In this document: piece after piece, positions 9,844-18,713 of the stretch | How positions within the stretch are numbered: position 1 is the stretch's first letter | Layout: every line of letters begins with the position of its first letter | Assembly: GCA_965224085.1 (NCBI GenBank) | Contig: CBDCYI010000004.1 | Coordinates: forward strand, 1,312,001-1,376,000 | Source of the DNA: Candidatus Marinacidobacterales bacterium | GTDB lineage: Bacteria > Acidobacteriota > Vicinamibacteria > Marinacidobacterales > SMYC01 | Direction: 5' to 3' | Length of the DNA: 64,000 nt | The notes under the pieces: generated by a model | Told to the model about the DNA's origin: nothing | The model's database searches: none | Seen by the model: the letters and a program-made list of their open reading frames with translations, nothing else | Translations under genes and position numbers: made by a program

Positions 9844-10424
9844 ATACCTCTTCCCTGATCGAGTCGGTGACCAAGCGCTTTCCCGATGGCGTGTCGGCTT
9901 CCCACAACTACCGGGGCGACGCGACCGTCGTTGTGCGGCCGGGCTCGCTTCTCGACGTGGCTCGCTTCCTCAAGGAAGACCCGGACTTCTCGATGAACTT
10001 CCTCGTGGACGTGACCGCCGTCGACTACTCGGCTTTCGGCAAAGCGCCGGCTCCAGCTTTCTTCGCCTCCTCCGGAGTAGCCGTGACACCCATGTCTCAG
10101 ATTCCGGATCTCGACCCGTGGCCCGGGCCGCCGGACAAAGCGCGCTTCGTGGTCGTCTACCACTTCTACTCGATGGCCAAAAAGCACCGGCTACGACTGC
10201 AGATTCTGATAGAAGACGAAACCTCCCCGGAGGTGGATTCTCTGACGTCGCTCTGGCCCGGAGCCAACTGGCTGGAGCGCGAGGTCTGGGACATGTTCGG
10301 GATCGGTTTTCGCGGGCATCCCGACCTCAAGCGCATCCTCATGTACGAAGAGTTCGAAGGCCACCCGCTGCGCAAGGACTATCCCGTCAGCAAGCGCCAG
10401 CCCCTAATAGGACCCGTCAACTAG
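9840..10424 (+). CDS. nuoC: NADH-quinone oxidoreductase subunit C
   Basis: DVTAVDY, ANWLEREVWDMFG, HPDLKRIL, GHPLRKDYP; ATG at 9840. Confidence 0.95.
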   Translation: MNTSSLIESVTKRFPDGVSASHNYRGDATVVVRPGSLLDVARFLKEDPDFSMNFLVDVTAVDYSAFGKAPAPAFFASSGVAVTPMSQIPDLDPWPGPPDKARFVVVYHFYSMAKKHRLRLQILIEDETSPEVDSLTSLWPGANWLEREVWDMFGIGFRGHPDLKRILMYEEFEGHPLRKDYPVSKRQPLIGPVN

Positions 10425-10426
10425 AC

Positions 10427-11785
10427 ATGACCACGCACACGACTCCCAACAAGGCCGCGCGTCTCGAAACACGGGAAATGATGCTCAACATCGGTCCCGC
10501 ACATCCGGCCATGCACGGCATCGTCCGTCTCGTGACCAGGCTCGAGGGCGAGGAGATAAGAGGGGCCGAAGTGGAGATTGGCTACCTCCACCGCGGCTTC
10601 GAGAAGATGGCGGAAACCGTCGACTATAACGGCGTCATGCCCTACACCGACCGGCTCAACTATGTATCGCCGCTGATCAATAACATGGGCTACTGCATGA
10701 CGATGGAGAAGCTCTTGGGGATCGAAGTCCCTGAGCGCTGCCACTACATTCGGGTCATTCTTTCGGAGATCTCGCGGATCGGGGACCATCTCACCTGCGT
10801 GGGTGCGACCGCCATGGAGCTCGGGGCGTTCACTGTCTTTCTCTACATGATCAAGGCCCGGGAATACCTCTGGGATCTCGTGGAGAAGGTGACCGGGGCA
10901 AGGATGACCGTGAGCTACTGCCGCGTCGGCGGCGTAAAGGCAGACCTGCAGGACGATTTCGCCGAGCCCTGCAAAAAGGCGTTCGTGGAGACCCGCAAAG
11001 TCCTTGAGGAAACGCACGGGCTCTTGACGCGCAACCGCATCTTCACCGATCGTATGAACGGCACCGGGGTGATTTCCGCCGAAGACGCCATCTCTTACGG
11101 GATCACGGGCCCCTTCCTTCGCGCCACCGGCGCGGAGTACGACGTCCGCAAAGACTGCCCGTACGCTGTCTACGATCGCCTGCCCTTCGACGTGCCGGTA
11201 GGGACCCGAGGCGACAACATGGATCGCTACCTCGTCCGCATGGAAGAGATGGAGCAGTCGATACGCATCGTGGAGGCCGCTCTTCGCGACCTGCCACCTG
11301 GACCGGTGCTGACCAACCCGGAAACCGGGCGCCCGATCCCCGCCGCCGAGATGGTCGACCTCGCCAAGGTGGGGAACATCGACGCCATCTCGGGCGGTTG
11401 CGCCGTCGCCGGTCCGACGCTCGAAGGTTCCGGTCGGGCTCAGCATCCGTCGATTGCAGCGGACCAGAAACAAGTCTTCCTGCCGGCAAAGGAGGACACC
11501 TACGGGAACATCGAAGGGCTGATGCAGAATTTCAAGCTGGTCATGTACGGCCACGGCGTGCGGGCGCCGAAGGGTGAGGTCTATTTCCCGGTGGAAGGGG
11601 CCAATGGGGAGCTGGGGTTTTACGTCGTGAGTGACGGAAGCGGAGGGCCCTACCGATTGCGTTGTCGCCCGCCCTGCTTCGCCATCATGTCGGCGCTGCC
11701 CATACTCCTCGAGGGGGACATGGTGTCCGACCTCATTCCTACTTTCGGCTCAGTGAACATGATCGGTGGGGAGCTCGACCGTTGA
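10427..11785 (+). CDS. nuoD: NADH-quinone oxidoreductase subunit D
   Basis: NIGPAHPAMHG, GYLHRG, DRLNY, EGANGELG, GELDR; no NiFe CxxC motifs. Confidence 0.95.
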   Translation: MTTHTTPNKAARLETREMMLNIGPAHPAMHGIVRLVTRLEGEEIRGAEVEIGYLHRGFEKMAETVDYNGVMPYTDRLNYVSPLINNMGYCMTMEKLLGIEVPERCHYIRVILSEISRIGDHLTCVGATAMELGAFTVFLYMIKAREYLWDLVEKVTGARMTVSYCRVGGVKADLQDDFAEPCKKAFVETRKVLEETHGLLTRNRIFTDRMNGTGVISAEDAISYGITGPFLRATGAEYDVRKDCPYAVYDRLPFDVPVGTRGDNMDRYLVRMEEMEQSIRIVEAALRDLPPGPVLTNPETGRPIPAAEMVDLAKVGNIDAISGGCAVAGPTLEGSGRAQHPSIAADQKQVFLPAKEDTYGNIEGLMQNFKLVMYGHGVRAPKGEVYFPVEGANGELGFYVVSDGSGGPYRLRCRPPCFAIMSALPILLEGDMVSDLIPTFGSVNMIGGELDR

Positions 11786-13575
11786 AACTGTCTGATCTCG
11801 AAGGCAAAGCTGCGGAGATTCTCGAGCGCTACGAGTACCCCAAGGCGGCCATGCTGCCTCTCTTGTGGCTCGTTCAAGAGCATCAAGGCTACGTCGCACC
11901 GGACGCAGAGGACTGGGTCGCAGGTATCTTGGGAGTGTCCCGCTCCAAGGTGCGCGAGGCCGTCTCCTTCTACAACATGTTCCACACCAAGCCGGTGGGC
12001 CGGCGCGAGCTCCGCGTCTGCACGAGCTTGCCGTGCATGCTGCGCGGCTCCGGCAATCTGCTCAATCGAATCGAGAAAGCGTTGAACATCCGCCCCGGCG
12101 AGACCACCCCTGGGGGCGAGGTGACCCTCACCGAAGTCGAGTGCTTGTGCGCCTGCGAAATGTCGCCCATGGCTCAACTCGACGAACGCTTCGTCGGTCC
12201 TCTCGAAGGCGAAACGGTCGGCATGATCGTCCACGACGCGCTGACAGAGCCCGCTAGCCCGGAGTCGACCCCGGAGCCCACGCCCTACATCTCTACGGAT
12301 GGGCCGGTGCTTTCTCTGCACTTCGAGAATCCCGATGGGACATGGATGGATAGCTACGTGGCCGATGGCGGGTACGTCGCGGCCAAGAAGGCACTCACCT
12401 CGTTGACGCCGAAGCAGGTGACCGACGAGGTTCTTGGTGCCAATCTACGCGGACTGGGCGGCGCAGGGTTCCCCACCGGTAGGAAGTGGTCGTTCATCCC
12501 CGCGGACACGGACAAGCCAAAATACCTCGTTGTCAACGCCGACGAGGGCGAGCCCGGTACCTTCAAGGACCGCTACCTCATGGAGCGCGACCCACACGCG
12601 CTGCTCGAAGGCATGCTTATCGCCGCTTACGCCATCGACTGTCACAAAGCCTATGTCTATATCCGCGGTGAGTACTTCCGATCGGCACATCGCCTACAGC
12701 GCGCCATCGACGAGGCCCACGAAAGCGGCTGGCTTGGCAAGGACATAAAGGGGACGGGTTTCGATCTGGATGTCGTCATCCACCGCGGCGCGGGGGCGTA
12801 CATTTGCGGCGAAGAGACGGCGCTTCTGACCTCGCTCGAAGGGGGGAAGGGCTTTCCACGGCTCAAGCCCCCCTTCCCTGCGATCTCGGGTCTCTTCTCC
12901 TGCCCTACGATCGTTAATAATGTTGAGACCCTGTGCTGTGTGCCGTTCATTCTGCGCCAAGGAGTCGATCGATTCAAGGAGATCGGCACCGAGACTCAGG
13001 GCGGCACGCGTCTGTTCTGCGTCAGCGGGCACGTGGTCACGCCCGGCGTCTACGAGGCGCCGGTCTCTATCACACTACGAGAGCTGATCGAGAGGGCCGG
13101 TGGTATCCGCGACGGCAACCAGCTCAAGGCCGTTATCCCCGGAGGCATCTCGGCCAAGATCCTGACCGCCGATGAGATCGACGTTGCCATGGACTTCGAT
13201 TCCCTCCGCGCCGCAGGCACCATGGCCGGGTCCGGAGGTGTCATCGTCATGGACGATACCACGTGCATGGTGGAGGCGCTGGCGTCGGCCGCCAAGTTCT
13301 TCGCGGACGAGTCGTGCGGACAGTGCTCGCCGTGCCGTGAAGGAACCGGCTGGGTACTTCGTATCGTGCACCGCATCCTCGAAGCGCGGGGGAAGGTTCA
13401 GGACCTGGATGACCTGCTCGCCATCGCCGGCGACATGGAAGGAAAGACCATCTGCGTTTTCGCGGATGCGGCCGCATGGCCGGTGCAATCCTACATCGTG
13501 AAATTCCGGAGCGAGTTCGAGGAGTACATCCGCACGGAGCGTTCCATCCGAAGCACCCAGGCCGCCCATGCCTAG
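11782..13575 (+). CDS. nuoEF: Fused NADH-quinone oxidoreductase subunits E and F
   Basis: N-terminal NuoE ligands CTSLPC/CLCAC, then a Pro/Thr/Glu linker, then NuoF motifs GGAGFPTG, NADEGEPG, YICGEET, CGQCSPC...C. TTG start overlaps the nuoD stop. Confidence 0.93.
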   Translation: MKLSDLEGKAAEILERYEYPKAAMLPLLWLVQEHQGYVAPDAEDWVAGILGVSRSKVREAVSFYNMFHTKPVGRRELRVCTSLPCMLRGSGNLLNRIEKALNIRPGETTPGGEVTLTEVECLCACEMSPMAQLDERFVGPLEGETVGMIVHDALTEPASPESTPEPTPYISTDGPVLSLHFENPDGTWMDSYVADGGYVAAKKALTSLTPKQVTDEVLGANLRGLGGAGFPTGRKWSFIPADTDKPKYLVVNADEGEPGTFKDRYLMERDPHALLEGMLIAAYAIDCHKAYVYIRGEYFRSAHRLQRAIDEAHESGWLGKDIKGTGFDLDVVIHRGAGAYICGEETALLTSLEGGKGFPRLKPPFPAISGLFSCPTIVNNVETLCCVPFILRQGVDRFKEIGTETQGGTRLFCVSGHVVTPGVYEAPVSITLRELIERAGGIRDGNQLKAVIPGGISAKILTADEIDVAMDFDSLRAAGTMAGSGGVIVMDDTTCMVEALASAAKFFADESCGQCSPCREGTGWVLRIVHRILEARGKVQDLDDLLAIAGDMEGKTICVFADAAAWPVQSYIVKFRSEFEEYIRTERSIRSTQAAHA

Positions 13576-15208
13576 CCTGAGCCGCTTGACCATTGACGGC
13601 CGCGAGATCACCGTTCCCGAAGGAACCACGGTCATCCAGGCGGCGGAGCAGCTCGGGATCTTCATTCCTCGCTACTGCTACCACCCCGGCCTATCGATCG
13701 CCGGCAACTGCCGCATCTGTCTCGTCGAAGTCGAGAAATCCCCCAAGCTGGAGATCGCCTGCAACCTGGCGGTTCGGGAGGGGATGGTCGTGCACACCCA
13801 GAGCGACGAGGCCGAGGACGGGCGCCGGTCCGTGCTGGAGTTTCTCCTCGCCAACCACCCGCTCGACTGCCCGGTCTGCGACCAGTCCGGTGAATGCGAC
13901 CTGCAGAACTTCTACATGAACTTCGGGCTCTACGACCCGAGGTTCCGGGAGCAGAAGGTCAAGAAGAAAAAGGCCGTGGAGCTAGGCCCCCATGTGATGC
14001 TTGACCAGGAGCGCTGTATCCTGTGCTCCCGCTGTGTGCGCTTCACAGACGAGATTACCGAGACCGGTGAGTTCGGCATCTTCAACCGCGGCGACCGGGC
14101 GGAGCTTGGGATCTATCCTGGTGAGGTGCTCGACAATCCCTACTCGGCGAACGTGGTGGACATCTGTCCGGTCGGCGCCCTAACCGAGAAGGACTTCCGC
14201 TTCGCGGCCAGGGTCTGGTACCTGTCGAGCGCCCCAACCGTCTGCAACGGCTGCAGTCAAGGCTGCAACGTCGATCTACACTTCGTGCTCGACAGGCCTC
14301 ATCTGAACGACGGGGCTAGGCTCGTGCGCATCAAGCCCCGCTACAACCCGGACGTCAACCAATGGTGGTTGTGCGACGAGGGGCGCTACGGCTTCGGCTG
14401 GCTGGATCAGGCACGGATCACGAAAGTGCGGCAGGGGCCGGCGGCGGACGGAGCGAACGGAGATGCAACCTGGGAGCAGGCCCTCACCGCAATCTCGATG
14501 ACCCTGGCGGAGTTGGACAAGGGCCGGATCGCCGTGATGGCCTCGGCTCAGCTCACCAACGAAGAGCTCTTCCTGATCCGAGAGATTCTCCAGAATTCCC
14601 TGGGAGCCCGAGTCAGCGCCTCCGTTTCAGACAAGCCCGGCTCGGCCGACGACTTTCTCATCAAGGGCGACAAGAATCCCAACACTCGGGGAGCGACGCT
14701 GTTGGGTTTGGCCGGCCCCGAGGCACCGGATGCCGAACAGATCATGGACGAGGCCGCCTCTGGGAACCTCGGTGCCCTATGGGTCTTCGGGCACGATCTG
14801 GTGGAGCTCTTTGGCGAGGAAAGAGTTCGGGAGCTCGCAAAGAAAGTGGGTCTCTTCGTCTTGTCGGGCACCAACGACAACGCGACCGTGCCGTTCGCCC
14901 ATTGGGTACTGCCGAGCGCCGCCTACATGGAGAAGGATGGCACCTTCGTCAACTGTCACGGCCGCGTCCAGCGCATCGGCCGGGCCTTCGCACCTCTCGA
15001 GGACGCGCGTGAGGATTGGCGCGTTCTCCTGGATTTAGCCGGGCGGTTGGGTCAGTCGCTGAACTGGCGCGGACCGCAAGAGATCTTCGACGGCTTGGCC
15101 AAGGCGTCTAGCCTCTTCGGGGGATTGAGCTACGACGCCATCGGCGCGCAAGGGGCTGACATTACGACAGCCGCTCCCGCTACTGAGCTTGACGCGGTCG
15201 AGCCATGA
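13568..15208 (+). CDS. nuoG: NADH-quinone oxidoreductase subunit G (short form, 546 aa)
   Basis: GNCRIC, HPLDCPVCDQSGEC, CILCSRC, DICPVGAL, CNGCSQGC...C. Confidence 0.93.
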   Translation: MPSLSRLTIDGREITVPEGTTVIQAAEQLGIFIPRYCYHPGLSIAGNCRICLVEVEKSPKLEIACNLAVREGMVVHTQSDEAEDGRRSVLEFLLANHPLDCPVCDQSGECDLQNFYMNFGLYDPRFREQKVKKKKAVELGPHVMLDQERCILCSRCVRFTDEITETGEFGIFNRGDRAELGIYPGEVLDNPYSANVVDICPVGALTEKDFRFAARVWYLSSAPTVCNGCSQGCNVDLHFVLDRPHLNDGARLVRIKPRYNPDVNQWWLCDEGRYGFGWLDQARITKVRQGPAADGANGDATWEQALTAISMTLAELDKGRIAVMASAQLTNEELFLIREILQNSLGARVSASVSDKPGSADDFLIKGDKNPNTRGATLLGLAGPEAPDAEQIMDEAASGNLGALWVFGHDLVELFGEERVRELAKKVGLFVLSGTNDNATVPFAHWVLPSAAYMEKDGTFVNCHGRVQRIGRAFAPLEDAREDWRVLLDLAGRLGQSLNWRGPQEIFDGLAKASSLFGGLSYDAIGAQGADITTAAPATELDAVEP

Positions 15209-16299
15209 TCGAAATCCTGGCCATAAAGGTCGCTCTGGCGGGAATGGTCTTTCTCGCGGTCCTGAATCTGGCCGGGTTTCATACCTGGGTGGAGCGCAAG
15301 CAGTCAGCCCTCATCCAGGACCGCATCGGGGCCAACCGCGCTAGCATCTTTGGCTTTCGGGCGCTGGGACTCTTCCATGGCCTCGCCGATCCGATCAAGA
15401 TGTTCACCAAGGAGGACATCGTCCCGACCGGAGCGGACAAGGTCCTCCATACTCTGGCCCCGTTCTTCTCGGTCTTTTTCGCCTTGGTGACCTTTGCCGC
15501 GATTCCCTTCGGTGACCAGCTCATCCTTTTCGACCGCGTCATCGACCTGCAGGTGGCTAAAATCAACGCGGCGCTGCTCTACGTCTTCGCCATGCTCTCC
15601 CTCGGAGTCTACGGCGTGATCCTCGCCGGCTTCGCTTCGCGCAACAACTACGCGATCATGGGCGGGCTGAGAGCAACCGCGCAGATGATCTCGTATGAGA
15701 TTGCTCTGGGCATCTCCATCGTCGGCGTGATCATGGTCTACGGGACCATGGACCTGGCCGAGCTGGTGCGGGCCCAGGGATACATGATCGGCGGGTGGAT
15801 CCCGATGTGGGGAATCGTCACCCAGCCTGTCGCTTTCATCGTCTTTTTGACCGCGGCCCTCGCTGAGACCAAAAGAGTCCCCTTCGACCTACCGGAAGCA
15901 GAGTCGGAGATCATCGGGTACTTCGTCGAGTACAGCGGCATGAAGTTCGGAATGTTCTTCCTCACCGATTTCCTCGAGACCATCGTGGTGGCGTGCCTCG
16001 CAACGACCCTCTTCTTCGGCGGATGGCAAGTGCCCTTCCTCTTGCCGGACGGCTTCCACTTCCCCTGGGGAGGAGAGCTCCAGCTCGCCAACTGGTTCTA
16101 CGCGCTCCTCGGAGTGACGAGCTTCTCGATCAAGGTCTTGATCTTCTGCTTCGTGTTCATGCAGATACGATGGACCCTGCCGCGCTTCCGCTACGATCAG
16201 CTCATGAGCCTCGGCTGGAAAGGGCTCTTCCCGATCGCAGTGGCCAACACCGCGCTCACCGCAGTCGTGCTAGTTATCTTCTTCGGGGAGAGCACCTGA
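15205..16299 (+). CDS. nuoH: NADH-quinone oxidoreductase subunit H
   Basis: ERK, DRIG, ADPIKMFTKE, AQMISYE, RVPFDLPEAESE, PRFRYDQL. Confidence 0.96.
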   Translation: MIEILAIKVALAGMVFLAVLNLAGFHTWVERKQSALIQDRIGANRASIFGFRALGLFHGLADPIKMFTKEDIVPTGADKVLHTLAPFFSVFFALVTFAAIPFGDQLILFDRVIDLQVAKINAALLYVFAMLSLGVYGVILAGFASRNNYAIMGGLRATAQMISYEIALGISIVGVIMVYGTMDLAELVRAQGYMIGGWIPMWGIVTQPVAFIVFLTAALAETKRVPFDLPEAESEIIGYFVEYSGMKFGMFFLTDFLETIVVACLATTLFFGGWQVPFLLPDGFHFPWGGELQLANWFYALLGVTSFSIKVLIFCFVFMQIRWTLPRFRYDQLMSLGWKGLFPIAVANTALTAVVLVIFFGEST

Positions 16300-16928
16300 T
16301 GGCCGTCAAAGTCGTCCGCAGGCCTGAGCTGACCTTCTGGGAGAAGACCTATCTCCCCCAGATCCTCTCCGGCCTCAAGATCACCTTTTCGCACTTCTTC
16401 CGTAACCTCTTCCTCCATATCGCCCACCTCTTTGGCCGTCTCCTGCATCTTCGCGCCAGCGCCACCATCCAGTATCCCGAAGAGCTAAGGCCACTCATGT
16501 CGAGGTACCGAAGCCGCCACCGACTCACCGTACGCGAGGACAACACCCCGCGCTGTGTGGGCTGCATGCTCTGTGAGACGGTGTGTCCGGCCAAATGCAT
16601 CACCATCGTGCCGGACGAGCACCCAGACCCAAACGTCGAGAAGTACCCGATCCGCTTCGACATCGACCTGGGCGTCTGCGTCTATTGCGGATACTGCGTC
16701 GAGGTCTGCCCTGAGGACGCGATCCGCATGGACACGGGAATCCTCGACCTAGCCGCCTACTCGAGGGAAGCCATGCGGCTCGATATCCATGAGCTGATGG
16801 ACCCATCGCTGCGCAAACCGATCACCGACTGCAGCCTGGACTTCCCGCACCAGTGCGCGCCGACAGGGGGAAAGATGAAGGGCAGCTGGAGCGTCGACAG
16901 GGCGCAAACCGAGTCTGTAGAACGATGA
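16299..16928 (+). CDS. nuoI: NADH-quinone oxidoreductase subunit I
   Basis: TIQYPEE; two ferredoxin motifs, CVGCMLCETVCP and CVYCGYCVEVCP. Confidence 0.95.
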   Translation: MAVKVVRRPELTFWEKTYLPQILSGLKITFSHFFRNLFLHIAHLFGRLLHLRASATIQYPEELRPLMSRYRSRHRLTVREDNTPRCVGCMLCETVCPAKCITIVPDEHPDPNVEKYPIRFDIDLGVCVYCGYCVEVCPEDAIRMDTGILDLAAYSREAMRLDIHELMDPSLRKPITDCSLDFPHQCAPTGGKMKGSWSVDRAQTESVER

Positions 16929-17929
16929 GCCGCCTACATCTGGCCAAGGAGATCATGGTGACGAAGCTCGTCACCGTAGGTCCGGAAGACGACGTGCTAT
17001 GGGGCATTGGTCGACTTCTTGACCGTCGCATCAGCGGCGCCCCAGTGGTCGGTAGCGGCCGGCGCTATCTCGGCATGCTTTCGGATCGCAGTTGCATGAA
17101 AGTCCTCTACGAGACGGCTCGCGAGGCTCGGGTGGAGACGATCCATCTTCCCCAAGCGCGCGCGTTCATGTCGAAGAAGCTCTTCACTCTGAGCCCGGAA
17201 ACCGACGCCATCGAAGCGATCTCGAGGCTGCTCAAGCAACGTTTCTCGGGGGCTCCCGTCGTCAACGAGAAGGGGAATTTTTTGGGGGTCTTCTCCGAAC
17301 GCTACATCATGCGATTGCTGATCAACTCGGCCTACGAGCAGGTACCGTCCACCCGAGTGGACGCGTTCATGAACACGGACCGCGGCCGACTGATTGAAGG
17401 GACAATGGACCTTCTCGAGGTCGCTCGGATGTTCCACGACACGTATTACCGGCGGCTACCCGTCATGAAGGACGGAAAATTGATCGGCCAGATCAGCCCG
17501 TTCGACGTTCTCAGTGCCGAGCATCACCTGGCCCGCTCCGTCAAGGGTCGCTGGCGGAGCCTGCTGGACCATCGTCTGGTACGGACCCTCGCCGAGCTAT
17601 GGCGTGGCGGCGGAAAGCCACCTTCGATGCAGATCTCCCAGTTCATGGACACCTCCGCCGAGACGATCGAGGAGGACTTGGATCTCCTGGCGATCGCCAG
17701 AATCTTCCTCGACTCCAACCGTCGTCGCCTCCCGGTTCTGCGCGAAGGCGAGCTGGTCGGCCAGATCAGCCGCCGCGATCTACTGCACGAGGTGCTCGAC
17801 CTGCTCTCGGAACAACCGCACCGCGAGCGACCCGGCCTATTCCTGAGCGCTGTCACGAACCCTGCTGAGAACCCGATCTTGCGGGACAGTCAACATCCGA
17901 GCGCCGGATCGTCGCAGCACCGCTCCTGA
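16925..17929 (+). CDS. Four-CBS-motif protein, translationally coupled to nuoI
   Basis: ISGAPVV, FSGAPVV, YRRLPV..GQIS, RRRLPV..GQIS; ATGA overlap with nuoI. Confidence 0.88.
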   Translation: MSRLHLAKEIMVTKLVTVGPEDDVLWGIGRLLDRRISGAPVVGSGRRYLGMLSDRSCMKVLYETAREARVETIHLPQARAFMSKKLFTLSPETDAIEAISRLLKQRFSGAPVVNEKGNFLGVFSERYIMRLLINSAYEQVPSTRVDAFMNTDRGRLIEGTMDLLEVARMFHDTYYRRLPVMKDGKLIGQISPFDVLSAEHHLARSVKGRWRSLLDHRLVRTLAELWRGGGKPPSMQISQFMDTSAETIEEDLDLLAIARIFLDSNRRRLPVLREGELVGQISRRDLLHEVLDLLSEQPHRERPGLFLSAVTNPAENPILRDSQHPSAGSSQHRS

Positions 17930-18016
17930 GCCTGCGAGCCGGGTTGTCCCTCGTCGAAATGAGTCTTTGGACAAAACGGATCTAGCAAGATTTCCACTAT
18001 TGTTATATGGATATTC

Positions 18017-18040
18017 ATAGCTTACAATTGTAGCTATAAT
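18017..18040 (+). promoter_or_regulatory. Imperfect palindrome (putative antitoxin operator) overlapping a TATAAT -10 box
   Basis: atagcttacaattgtagctat followed by TATAAT (18035-18040) in an AT-rich patch upstream of the TA pair. Confidence 0.5.
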
Positions 18041-18072
18041 TATACTCACAAACGTCACCTATAGGAGAGGCG

Positions 18073-18303
18073 ATGAAGACCGTTCAGATGACGCTTGACG
18101 CGGACCTGCTGCAACAGGTCGATGAGGTCGTCGCGCAACGCGGTACGACGCGGTCGGCGTTCACGAGAGATGCCTTGCGAAGCGCTCTTAGTCGACTGCG
18201 TACGCAAGCGCTCGAGCAACAGCAAAAACAAGGCTACGAGCGACATCCCGTGGAGCCTGCGGAGTTCGATGACTGGGAGGCCGAGCAGGTATGGCCGAGC
18301 TGA
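18073..18303 (+). CDS. CopG/ribbon-helix-helix antitoxin (MazE/EndoAI-like)
   Basis: MKTVQMTLD...VDEVV..RGTTRSAFTRDAL; acidic tail; AGGAG RBS; overlaps the toxin. Confidence 0.85.
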   Translation: MKTVQMTLDADLLQQVDEVVAQRGTTRSAFTRDALRSALSRLRTQALEQQQKQGYERHPVEPAEFDDWEAEQVWPS

Positions 18304-18611
18304 GACGCGGTGAAGTGCGCTGGTACAAGTTCAGGATTCCGGATAAAAGGCGGCCGGTAGTCATTCTCACACGATCCTCCGCGCTCGCGTTCCTCGGGCA
18401 GGTTACGGTAGCTCCCATTACCTCTACGACCCGAGAGATTCCCTCCGAAGTGGCGCTCTCCTCGAACGACGGGATGAACCGGGACTGTGCTATCAATCTG
18501 GACCACGTGCAAACCGTCTCGAGGGGCAAGATCGGAGCGTTGATCACGACCCTCGCGGAAGAGCGCATGCTCCAGGTTCGAGACGCCATCAGTTTCGCGC
18601 TGGATCTATAG
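18291..18611 (+). CDS. mazF: PemK/MazF-family toxin (endoribonuclease)
   Basis: RRGEV, KRRPVVIL, VTVAPITST, NLDHVQTVS. Confidence 0.9.
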   Translation: MAELRRGEVRWYKFRIPDKRRPVVILTRSSALAFLGQVTVAPITSTTREIPSEVALSSNDGMNRDCAINLDHVQTVSRGKIGALITTLAEERMLQVRDAISFALDL

Positions 18612-18713
18612 CTACTCTCGAACGCCCTACGGCGGAAGCGGTCTCGCGGACAACTCACCCGCATTTGCTTACGCGGTCAAAATTCCTATAAGTCGGATAG
18701 ACTGCTCGGCATC

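Noticed and set aside
9325-11785. Group 4 NiFe hydrogenase reading of the Mrp-rich cluster
   Set aside because: NuoD lacks both CxxC metal-binding motifs and keeps the quinone-site His/Tyr. NuoA and NuoEFG are present.
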